Below, one piece after another: positions 44,136 through 52,220 of a stretch of DNA of 64,000 bases (the first letter of the stretch is position 1; each line of letters starts with the position of its first letter). The DNA lies in the IMG/VR virus record IMGVR_UViG_3300045988_144476; one strand, written 5' to 3'. This stretch comes from a virus. Both the position numbers and the translations under genes were made by a program. The notes below the pieces were generated by a model. The model saw only the letters and a program-made list of their open reading frames with translations. It searched no databases and had not been told where the DNA came from.

Positions 44136-45242
44136 ATGAAAGTAGTACAGATTGATGATACATTTAGAATTTATGGTGATGATCTTAAGAGTTTTGATAA
44201 GTTACCGGCGCAGACTTATTCAGTAAGATTCTCAAAGAATTCTGGATGGTATCTTGAAAAACATGCTGATATAGAGATCAAAGAATCTAAAATCTATGGC
44301 GTACATATGGAAAAAGTAAACAAGGTTTTAAATGCTTTTAATGAGTTTAACAAGAATCTTGGAATTATACTTTCCGGAAATAAAGGAATTGGAAAATCAT
44401 TATTTGCTAAAGAATTAAGTATTCAGGCAATTGGATACGGAATTCCTGTAATTATTGTTGATACTTATATCCCTGGAATTGCTGATTATCTTGAAAGTAT
44501 TAGACAAGAAGTAGTAATATTGTTTGATGAATTTGATAAAACATTTGGCGGTGTAAAAGCACCAGATGGAATGGCAGATCCTCAAACTGAATTGCTTACA
44601 TTATTTGATGGTTTGAGTACAGGTAAGAAGTGTTTTGTAATTACATGTAATAATATGAGGAGCTTAAATGAATTCCTTATAAATAGACCTGGTAGATTTC
44701 ATTATCATTTTAGATTTGAATATCCTACAGCTGAAGAGATTACAGAATATCTTCATGATAAACTGAATGAAAAATACTATGATCAGATTGCAGCAGTTAT
44801 AAGTTTTGCTAATAAAGTTAATCTGAATTATGATTGCTTAAAAGCGATTGCTTATGAATTAAATCATGGAGATGAATTTAAAGAAGCGATTAAAGATCTA
44901 AATATTATCAATGTAAATGATATTAACTATGTCGTTACATTATACTTAAAAGATGGAAGACATGCAAATGTAACACGTTCGGTTGATATGTTTGATAAGT
45001 CTGGAGAATTTAGTTGTGATAATTTTTATATTGGAAATACTTATGTAGAAGCATCTTGTAAAATTATGGATGTTACATATGATAAGAAAAGATATGTTGA
45101 TATTGTCAATGGAGAATTTGTTTCGCTTAAACCATCATATTATGATGATGACGATGACAGTAAAAAAGAAGTTGAGAAAATGGAAGCAGATTATATGACT
45201 TTTGTTAGAGAAACAGATAAGAATATTCATTATATGGTGTAG
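44136..45242 (+). CDS. classical-clade AAA+ ATPase
   Basis: Walker A GNKGIGKS, Walker B ILFDEFD, RPGRFHYHF second region of homology. Confidence 0.85.
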   Translation: MKVVQIDDTFRIYGDDLKSFDKLPAQTYSVRFSKNSGWYLEKHADIEIKESKIYGVHMEKVNKVLNAFNEFNKNLGIILSGNKGIGKSLFAKELSIQAIGYGIPVIIVDTYIPGIADYLESIRQEVVILFDEFDKTFGGVKAPDGMADPQTELLTLFDGLSTGKKCFVITCNNMRSLNEFLINRPGRFHYHFRFEYPTAEEITEYLHDKLNEKYYDQIAAVISFANKVNLNYDCLKAIAYELNHGDEFKEAIKDLNIINVNDINYVVTLYLKDGRHANVTRSVDMFDKSGEFSCDNFYIGNTYVEASCKIMDVTYDKKRYVDIVNGEFVSLKPSYYDDDDDSKKEVEKMEADYMTFVRETDKNIHYMV

Positions 45243-45298
45243 TATAATGTATAATTAATAAAAACAACAATTAAAGTTTATATAAAAGGAGAAAAATT

Positions 45299-45940
45299 AT
45301 GACAACAGAAAAAATGACAGTACATAAGGCATTGGCTGAGATTAAGGTTATGGATAATCGAATTAATTCTGCAATTTATAGTGGTGTTTATTGTTTAGCA
45401 AATAAACATTCCAATGAAAAAGTAAAGGGAATTGCAGTTGAAGATTATAAAAAGGTAATGCAGGGTTATTATGACAAAACTAATGATTTAATTAAACGTA
45501 ATGAAGCTATTAAAAAGGCAGTAGTTCTTTCTAATGCTATAACAAAGGTAAAGATTGGAGAGAATGAATACACTGTAGCTGAAGCAATTTGGATGAAGAA
45601 TCATGGCATTGATAATAAAGATGAGCTTCTTGTAAAATTACAGCAGCAGTACAACAAAGCTCAGGCAGAGATTCTTAAGAATAACGGAGAAGAACTTGAT
45701 AAGAGAGCTGAACAGTATGTAATTGGTATTTATGGTTCAAAAGAAGGAAAGGCTGACACAGAAGCTTTTGAAAAGACTAAAAAGGAATTCATTAAAGCAA
45801 ATCAGTATGAACTTCTGGATCCGATTGGAATTCTTAAAGTGATTGAAGATCTTGAAAAAGAGATTGATACATTCAAAGCAGAAGTAGATGCAGCACTTTC
45901 TACAAGTAATGCGATCACTGAGATCGAAGTAACTTATTAA
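45299..45940 (+). CDS. hypothetical helical protein
   Basis: 213-aa ORF, AAGGAG SD. Confidence 0.65.
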   Translation: MTTEKMTVHKALAEIKVMDNRINSAIYSGVYCLANKHSNEKVKGIAVEDYKKVMQGYYDKTNDLIKRNEAIKKAVVLSNAITKVKIGENEYTVAEAIWMKNHGIDNKDELLVKLQQQYNKAQAEILKNNGEELDKRAEQYVIGIYGSKEGKADTEAFEKTKKEFIKANQYELLDPIGILKVIEDLEKEIDTFKAEVDAALSTSNAITEIEVTY

Positions 45941-46425
45941 TCTTAATGATTGATAGTTAACTATAAATATTCACTGTTTACTGAAAACTTTAAACTACAA
46001 CTCATCAGACTTTTTGCAGATAATAGCCTAATGTAAAATAATAAAGAAAATCTGCTTCTAATAAAACAAAATGGAAAAAGTATACAGTACTTTTTATTGA
46101 ATAATGGTGCTTACATTATTATTAATAAGATGAGTATATGTTTTCAGAATACAAGCATCAGAAATAAACAATATAGGATATCGTAGATACCTGGTTTATA
46201 AGAATGCTCGTGGATGTCTGAGTATACATATAATACGAACTGTAAAGCTTAAAGTTGTAAAGATCAAATAGTAAAACTCAAAATTCAAAGTTTATTTATT
46301 AGATCAAAGTTCAAACAGTAAATATCAAAGGTAAAAGTTTTATAAAATCCTTGAATTACAGTTTTGTGTATAGTTGTACTTGACACTAAGTATCTGCAAG
46401 GCTGGTAAATGGTGAATATTCTTAA

Positions 46426-46507
46426 GCGGATATGACGGAATTGGCAGACGTAGGAGACTCAAACTCTCTGGACATAAGTCGTAAGGGTTCAAATCCCTTT
46501 ATCCGTA
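46426..46507 (+). tRNA. tRNA-Leu (anticodon CAA), class II
   Basis: gcggata/tatccgt acceptor, GGAATTGGCAGACG D arm, anticodon loop cuCAAac, long variable arm, aaggg-ttcaaat-ccctt T arm. Confidence 0.9.
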
Positions 46508-46947
46508 TCAGGCTGATATATTATAAAGTAAATACGCTGAAGGCCAAGGTGTATTGAACATGATAATTAGACCTGAAGGTTATAACCTATAAGCACTTCA
46601 CGGCTTTGAGCGTGAACCGTTAATAAACTAATGATTCGAATAACTGGAATTGTTAAACTGGAGCCTGTTGATTTTGGAGAACACAGTGTATTGGCTGAAT
46701 GGTTTGGATACACAAAAACATTTATATAGATGGATCTATCATGACGAGGATGGGTAGAGGCGAGGTAAGCTATATGTGATGTAAGTAGCTGTGTAGTTAT
46801 GATTGATCAAAATGGATTTCTTTCTTAAGTTACTTTCTTAAGATTTCTGTAGTGAGGTAAGTGATTAGCTAAATCAGTAGGTGAACGAAGCGGTAAATTG
46901 AAAGATATTTATGGCATTGTGGTTGTGGGTAGCTACAGAAATCAAAA

Positions 46948-47021
46948 GGGAACTTAGTTCAGTTGGTTAGAGCAACCGGCTCATAACCGGTAAGTCCTGG
47001 GTTCGAATCCCAGAGTTCCCA
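46948..47021 (+). tRNA. tRNA-Met (anticodon CAT; could be a lysidine-type Ile)
   Basis: gggaact/agttccc, gttc-agttggtta-gagc, accgg-cuCAUaa-ccggt, ctggg-ttcgaat-cccag; 74 nt. Confidence 0.9.
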
Positions 47022-47022
47022 T

Positions 47023-47056
47023 TCTCCTTATTGTAGATAATAAGGAGATTTAATTT
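47023..47056 (+). terminator. hairpin plus T-rich tail after tRNA-Met
   Basis: tctccttatt / aataaggaga 10-bp stem, loop gtagat, then tttaatttcctttc. Confidence 0.55.
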
Positions 47057-47088
47057 CCTTTCTTGTGATGTTTTAACGAGTTACAAAG

Positions 47089-47164
47089 TGATATGTAGTT
47101 TAACTGGCAAAACAATCTGATTAGCGAATCAGATAGATTATTGGTTCGACTCCGATCATATCAC
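47089..47164 (+). ncRNA. tRNA-like element with closed anticodon arm
   Basis: Good acceptor (tgatatg/catatca), D arm (gttt...aaac with GG) and T arm (attgg-ttcgact-ccgat). The anticodon arm is an 8-bp helix atctgatt/aatcagat capped by AGCG (or 6 bp plus an 8-nt loop). Confidence 0.55.
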
Positions 47165-47441
47165 ATCAGGAGCTACAATCCTTAAATTATTCTAGATCCA
47201 AAACAAATTGGTGTGAGTAATTTTAAATATGTGTGACTTTCTAAGGCTTAAAGGTTTCAAGAGAAAATCAGCCGTTGCAGTGAGGTCGATAAACTGATGG
47301 CGAGTGGGAACCAGACCAGTGACATTTTGAGATTGTTTCGAAAGAGAAACGTACTGTTTTAGAGAAAATGTAGGGAATTGAGCGGCTTCAAAGAACACAT
47401 AATCCTGGTGTACTGCAGACATTCAGGTAGGATCCTTAAGG

Positions 47442-47528
47442 TGGCATGTAAGCTTTTACAAAAGATATAGTATCTGTAAGAGATGGTCTTGAGTTTAAAA
47501 ACTGTCGGTTCGATTCCGGCCATGTCAA
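47442..47528 (+). ncRNA. tRNA-like element / degenerate class-II tRNA
   Basis: Acceptor tggcatg/catgtca with G3:U70; T arm gtcgg-ttcgatt-ccggc; D region lacks GG; no clean 7-nt anticodon loop (CUGUAAG or UGUAAGA possible). Confidence 0.4.
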
Positions 47529-47573
47529 TTTGCAATGGAAACATTGTAAAATAATATTAAAGGAGAAAGTTAA

Positions 47574-47948
47574 ATGATAGCAAATGTATTAGCAGAATTA
47601 AGAACTGGTGATATTGTTCTTTCTACAAAGGGCAGTTATGGAATGGTTCTTAGAGGAACTCCAAGTGGAGATATTGTTAAATGGTATGTAAATAGTAAAG
47701 GAAAGTGTATTGATAAATTCAGAAGCTTGAATATGATCAATTCTGATTTTACTTTTAGATTTGATGAAGAAAACAGAATTGTAAAAGTTTGGAGAACAAA
47801 AGATAAACATTATCTTGGTGATAAAGCAGTTACAAAATATACTGTTGCAGATAGTTTTGAACTTATCTATGAAGATAAAGTAAAAGAAGTAACAATGGAT
47901 GAAGTTGAAGAAAAGTTTGGCTGTAAAGTCAAAATTAAAAATAGTTAA
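47574..47948 (+). CDS. hypothetical protein
   Basis: 124-aa ORF, AAGGAG SD. Confidence 0.65.
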   Translation: MIANVLAELRTGDIVLSTKGSYGMVLRGTPSGDIVKWYVNSKGKCIDKFRSLNMINSDFTFRFDEENRIVKVWRTKDKHYLGDKAVTKYTVADSFELIYEDKVKEVTMDEVEEKFGCKVKIKNS

Positions 47949-47951
47949 AAC

Positions 47952-47966
47952 TAATGAATTAATCAA
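47952..47966 (+). repeat. 15-nt intergenic motif copy
   Basis: TAATGAATTAATCAA. Confidence 0.65.
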
Positions 47967-48068
47967 ATACATGAGAAAAGAGAAATAATTATTGAAGCAC
48001 TGTAACATAGCAGTGCAAAGTTGTCAGAGTGACAAACATTATTCTGCTTCGGAAAGTGAGGTGGAATA

Positions 48069-48986
48069 ATGGAACATAAGAAATTTATGGATATTCAAAG
48101 ATTGAAAGAAGGATTTGCAGATGGATTTCGTCCTGGAGATGAGATCGTAGTGCAGGAAAAGTTTGATGGGAGCTGTGCTTCTTGTAGATATGATGTAGAA
48201 ACAGGTAAGTTAGTAGCTTTTTCAAGAAGACAAATCCTTGATCCTCTCAGTAATACACTAAGTGGTTTCTATAACTATATACAGTCTTTGAATGCAGATG
48301 AATTTAAGGATTATCCAGACTATGTAGTATTTGGAGAATGGTCTGGAGCAAGAAATGCAATTATTTATTATCCTGAAAATACTAAAAAATGGTATGTGTT
48401 CGATATTTATGATGTAAGTAAACAAGGATATTTACCACAGTCTGAAGTAAAGAGATTTGCTGAGGAACATGGATTGGATTACATCAATACATATTATATT
48501 GGACCATTTATCAGTTGGGAACATGTCATGAGCTTTATGGGTACTTCAGCATATGGAGATACGCAGGAAGGTATTGTTGTAAAGAATCAGACAAGACTTA
48601 ATGATCCTAATTCAAGATTACCATTTGTAGTAAAAATCGTTGGCGAAAAGTTTCATGAGATTGCAAAAACAAATCACGTAAGAAAAGTTGCTGATCCTCA
48701 AAAATTACAGGAAAGAGCAGTTGCACAAGAATTAACCGAGTCTATTGTTACAAGACGAAGAGTTGAAAAAGAATTATATAAGATGCGTGATGAAGGCATT
48801 ATTCCAGCTGACTGGTGTGAGCAAGACATGAAGACAGTCGCAAGAGAATTGCCTAGTAGAATATATCATGATTGTGTAAAAGAAGAACCGGAAACAGTAA
48901 CCGAAATCGGACAATATTTTGGAAAGTTTTGTTCTTCAACTGCAATGCGATATGCACGTAACATCATTCTGGGAGATCCGGCCTGA
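48069..48986 (+). CDS. RNA-ligase-family nucleotidyltransferase (Rnl2-like)
   Basis: EKFDGS (KxDG), FGEWSG, EGIVVKN, VVKIVGEKF motif order. Confidence 0.7.
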   Translation: MEHKKFMDIQRLKEGFADGFRPGDEIVVQEKFDGSCASCRYDVETGKLVAFSRRQILDPLSNTLSGFYNYIQSLNADEFKDYPDYVVFGEWSGARNAIIYYPENTKKWYVFDIYDVSKQGYLPQSEVKRFAEEHGLDYINTYYIGPFISWEHVMSFMGTSAYGDTQEGIVVKNQTRLNDPNSRLPFVVKIVGEKFHEIAKTNHVRKVADPQKLQERAVAQELTESIVTRRRVEKELYKMRDEGIIPADWCEQDMKTVARELPSRIYHDCVKEEPETVTEIGQYFGKFCSSTAMRYARNIILGDPA

Positions 48987-49022
48987 TTATTGAGATATAA
49001 GAAGAAAGGAGGACTTGAATGA

Positions 49023-49238
49023 GTGGGACAATTAAAGAGTATAGAATGCAGCAGTTGCCATAACATGTATATGTATGATGATTCAGAAACATTTTTTGAT
49101 GATCATGGATATGGTTATTCTACAAAATTAGTGAAATGCAAATGCTGCGGAAAGATAAATATTGTTCGGTATTATCAAGATCGAGCAATGAAATTAAATA
49201 ATGACAGTAGATTTTATGATTACAGGAGAAATAAATAA
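49023..49238 (+). CDS. zinc-ribbon protein
   Basis: GTG start 10 nt after AGGAGG; CSSC...CKCC. Confidence 0.5.
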   Translation: MGQLKSIECSSCHNMYMYDDSETFFDDHGYGYSTKLVKCKCCGKINIVRYYQDRAMKLNNDSRFYDYRRNK

Positions 49239-50455
49239 TGGCAAAAGTAAAAGAAAAAAAAGCTTTAGAGAAGAAAAATTGGACACAGAGTTTTATTCTT
49301 GTTGGTAAAGCGTGTGTTAATGATTATACATTTAAAATTGATGAAAGATCCAATAAGAGTGATTGGATTTACAATATGATCAATCTTGATGTTGATTGTG
49401 GTGAGAAATACGGAAAAGTTCGTTGTGAATTAATGGGTGGTTATGGACTTGAAAGAGATAATTGTCCAATTTGGGTTCATGGTAAAGACGAAAATGGACG
49501 TGATGATTTTAAAAATACTTATCAGATTGCATTTGAAGATAGATTTAACGAAGAGTATTTAGAAGATATTGGTAGTCTCTGTTTCTTATATGCTGGCATT
49601 GAAAGAGATGTCAAAGAAGAAGTGGCAGAATATAAATTTCTTCATGCTTATGATTATATTAAATATTTATCTGAACATCTCGAAAATGGAATGGAGATTA
49701 GAGTAACTGGTCAGCTGCGTTATTCAGTATATAATGGCAATGTACAGGTCAAAAAAGAGATTTCCAAAATCTATTTTAAGAGAGAAAAAGATGATTATGG
49801 TGCAACATTTAAACAGACAATTCTTATTAATAAGGATTCTGTAGGAAAAGCAGATAAAGATAAATGTATTTTCCCTGTTACTGGATTTGTACTTGAGAAG
49901 TTTAAAGAATATAACGGAAATGATCTTACTGAAGGTGGAGCAGTCAAAGGTGGAAAATTTGTTCCTTTGAGAAAAATGTTTGAGTATGAATTCTCTCCGG
50001 AGGTTGAACCTGAAGCACTTAAGAGAGCACTTAATCTTATGTTTAAGGTTAAAAAGGGTTATAACCAGGTTACATATGAAGGTGTATTTGTTGAAGGTGG
50101 GGCAGTTATTAAGACTACTTATGATGATCTTACCGATGAGATTAAAGAGCTTGTTGATGCAAACATCTATACATTAGAAGAAGCTCTTGCTACTTGTACT
50201 GAAAACACCGGGAAAGAAAGACGAATGATTCTGAGAAAACCGATTATTGAATTGGTGGGCGAAGAAGGATCTAAAGTTGCTCAGGTACGTAAAATTGAAA
50301 ATATTTATTCTGACGAAGATTTTATGCTGGATTATCTGATTGCTCATGAAGAGGAAGAATATGAGGAAGATCCGGAGATTGAAGCTACTGAGAGAACAGA
50401 AGAGGCTGCAGATGAAGTAGCAGATCTGTCATGGATGGAAAATCTTGGTGTCTAA
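49238..50455 (+). CDS. possible ssDNA-binding protein (acidic C-terminal tail)
   Basis: 405 aa at the head of the replication module; C-terminus EEEEYEEDPEIEATERTEEAADEVADLSWMENLGV. The function call is positional inference. Confidence 0.4.
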   Translation: MAKVKEKKALEKKNWTQSFILVGKACVNDYTFKIDERSNKSDWIYNMINLDVDCGEKYGKVRCELMGGYGLERDNCPIWVHGKDENGRDDFKNTYQIAFEDRFNEEYLEDIGSLCFLYAGIERDVKEEVAEYKFLHAYDYIKYLSEHLENGMEIRVTGQLRYSVYNGNVQVKKEISKIYFKREKDDYGATFKQTILINKDSVGKADKDKCIFPVTGFVLEKFKEYNGNDLTEGGAVKGGKFVPLRKMFEYEFSPEVEPEALKRALNLMFKVKKGYNQVTYEGVFVEGGAVIKTTYDDLTDEIKELVDANIYTLEEALATCTENTGKERRMILRKPIIELVGEEGSKVAQVRKIENIYSDEDFMLDYLIAHEEEEYEEDPEIEATERTEEAADEVADLSWMENLGV

Positions 50456-50459
50456 TAGA

Positions 50460-50474
50460 TAATTCTTTAATCAA
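50460..50474 (+). repeat. 15-nt motif, variant
   Basis: TAATTCTTTAATCAA. Confidence 0.45.
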
Positions 50475-50504
50475 TTAATAATAAATTACAGGGAGAATAT
50501 ATAA

Positions 50505-51650
50505 ATGGGATACGGAAAAAAGAATGTAATTAAAATTGATCCACTTTCATACAATATTGGTCTTATTGGAGAAAGTGGTATTGGAAAGACAACAATTATC
50601 AAAGAAATGTGTGAAAAGCTTGCCGGAGAAGACGGATATATCTTTCTTGAATGTGGGAAAGAAGATGGTGCCGATGGCATCAATGGAATCAATTATCTGA
50701 ATTGTCCTGAATGGTCAATGGATTATGATGAATTAACAAACAGTATTGGGTTTGAAGATTTTGTTGATGATGTAGTTGAAAATAAAACAACAGAATATCC
50801 GGATTTAAAAACTGTAGTAATTGATACGTATGATCAGCTTTTGGAAATTTCAAAACCAGAAGTAATCAGAATGCATAATTCTGAAAACCCAGATAAGCCA
50901 GTAAAATCTATTAAAGCAGCTTTTGGTGGATATATGGCTGGAGAAGATAAAGCTACAGAAATTGTGTTAGATAAATTATGGGAGCTGAAAACTGTTGGTG
51001 TACATTTCATTATCATCGGACATGTCAAACAGCGTCAACAGGATGATGTAGTTACCGGACAGACATACACTTCACTGACTACAAATATGTCAATGAGAGA
51101 TTTTAATGCAATTAAAACAAAACTTCATTTTCTTGGGGTTGCTTCTATTGATAGAGAAATTGTTCAAGAAAAAACAGGAAAGACAAAAAAGGAAAAAGGT
51201 AAAGATGTAAACATAATGAAGGGCGTTATTACAAAAGAGAGTAGAAAAATTACTTTCCGTGATGATTCCTATTCGATTGATTCTAAATCACGTTTTGCTG
51301 ATATTGTTCCGGAGATTCCTTTTGATGTTGATGAATTAATCAAAGCTCTTACAGATGCAATTAAAACAGAAGCTTCTAAAGGTTCTAAATCTATTTCGGA
51401 TCTTGAAAAAGAGCAGAAAGCTTCTGAGGCTGAACGCATGAGACATATTGCAGAAGTAGAAGCTGCAAATAAAGTAAAAAAGGAACTTGATGAGATTAAC
51501 TCTAAAATCAAAGAATTCTGTACAGTTAATAAATCTAAACCGGCAGCACTGAAACCACTAATCGAAGCTGCAAAAGCATGTGGACTTAAAAATCCAATGG
51601 CAGCAGAAGATGTTGAGACAGCGAAGAAAATCCTTTCTGCGGTTGCATAA
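50505..51650 (+). CDS. RecA-fold P-loop ATPase (AAA_24/Sak4-like)
   Basis: Walker A GESGIGKTT, Walker B VVIDTYD. Confidence 0.65.
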   Translation: MGYGKKNVIKIDPLSYNIGLIGESGIGKTTIIKEMCEKLAGEDGYIFLECGKEDGADGINGINYLNCPEWSMDYDELTNSIGFEDFVDDVVENKTTEYPDLKTVVIDTYDQLLEISKPEVIRMHNSENPDKPVKSIKAAFGGYMAGEDKATEIVLDKLWELKTVGVHFIIIGHVKQRQQDDVVTGQTYTSLTTNMSMRDFNAIKTKLHFLGVASIDREIVQEKTGKTKKEKGKDVNIMKGVITKESRKITFRDDSYSIDSKSRFADIVPEIPFDVDELIKALTDAIKTEASKGSKSISDLEKEQKASEAERMRHIAEVEAANKVKKELDEINSKIKEFCTVNKSKPAALKPLIEAAKACGLKNPMAAEDVETAKKILSAVA

Positions 51651-51656
51651 ATATAA

Positions 51657-51681
51657 TTCCCAGGGCTTAATGCTCTGGGAA
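51657..51681 (+). other. intergenic GC-rich hairpin
   Basis: ttcccagggc / gctctgggaa, loop ttaat; no U-run. Confidence 0.35.
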
Positions 51682-51710
51682 AACTTCTAAGGATTGGAGT
51701 AAAAGAAAAA

Positions 51711-52220
51711 ATGGCTAAAAAGATGACTAGAAGTAAAGTTAAGAAAGATAAGACACCAAAAGAAGATGAGATTTTTTCTAGGAAAGACGCTGAGTTTCGT
51801 GCGATGTGTGCTTGGATTGAAAGAGAGTTATTTAATTATAATGGGACAGATCAGCATTTACATACGAAAGCTTGTTTAAGATTGCAAGGTCTTAGAAAAG
51901 GTCAGAATATAGCAAATAATAAACATGATAAGTATGGTAATTATTCTGTAGAATGTGTATTCAATACATTTAAGGCCAATAAACTTATTATTCAAAATGC
52001 AATCAAAGGAAAAGATTTTACAGATGAATATAAAAAAATGGCTTATATATGTGCAATCATTGAAGTAAGAATCAATGAGATGTACCTCAGAATGAAAAAT
52101 GCAGAACTCAGTAAGCAGAAACAGGAGTCTATTGATACTAAGGCACAAGATAATGATACAGCAGAATATAAAAGACAGACAGATGAAAGCACTAATTCTG
52201 TATTCGAGGATATTTGGTAA
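51711..52220 (+). CDS. hypothetical protein
   Basis: 169-aa ORF. Confidence 0.6.
   Translation: MAKKMTRSKVKKDKTPKEDEIFSRKDAEFRAMCAWIERELFNYNGTDQHLHTKACLRLQGLRKGQNIANNKHDKYGNYSVECVFNTFKANKLIIQNAIKGKDFTDEYKKMAYICAIIEVRINEMYLRMKNAELSKQKQESIDTKAQDNDTAEYKRQTDESTNSVFEDIW

Noticed and set aside
47121-47128. Ochre-suppressor tRNA (UUA inside the loop UUAGCGAA) explaining the TAA-TTG junctions
   Set aside because: The UUA is not preceded by U33 or followed by a purine in a 7-nt loop context. TAA is used as the normal stop for most genes in the window, so global recoding is not supported.
47165-47528. tmRNA (G3:U70 acceptor, T arm, upstream GC-richer RNA)
   Set aside because: The 5' acceptor strand lies only 80 nt upstream of the 3' strand. 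There is no GGGG-type 5' end ~300 nt upstream that pairs better. No convincing tag reading frame ending in hydrophobic residues plus stop was found (best: AVAVRSIN-stop).
47192-47544. Two minus-strand ORFs (76 and 61 aa) in the tRNA island
   Set aside because: No SD. They overlap a tRNA-like element, have odd composition, and every other gene is on the + strand. The region is better explained as noncoding RNA.
47598-48008. 136-aa minus-strand ORF. Also all other minus-strand ORFs in the track, for example 1807..2007, 5511..5816, 24769..25134, 39791..40144, 60599..60919
   Set aside because: Each lies antisense within a longer, motif-supported + strand gene. Their low-complexity I/F/L/S-rich translations are typical of the antisense of AT-rich coding sequence.
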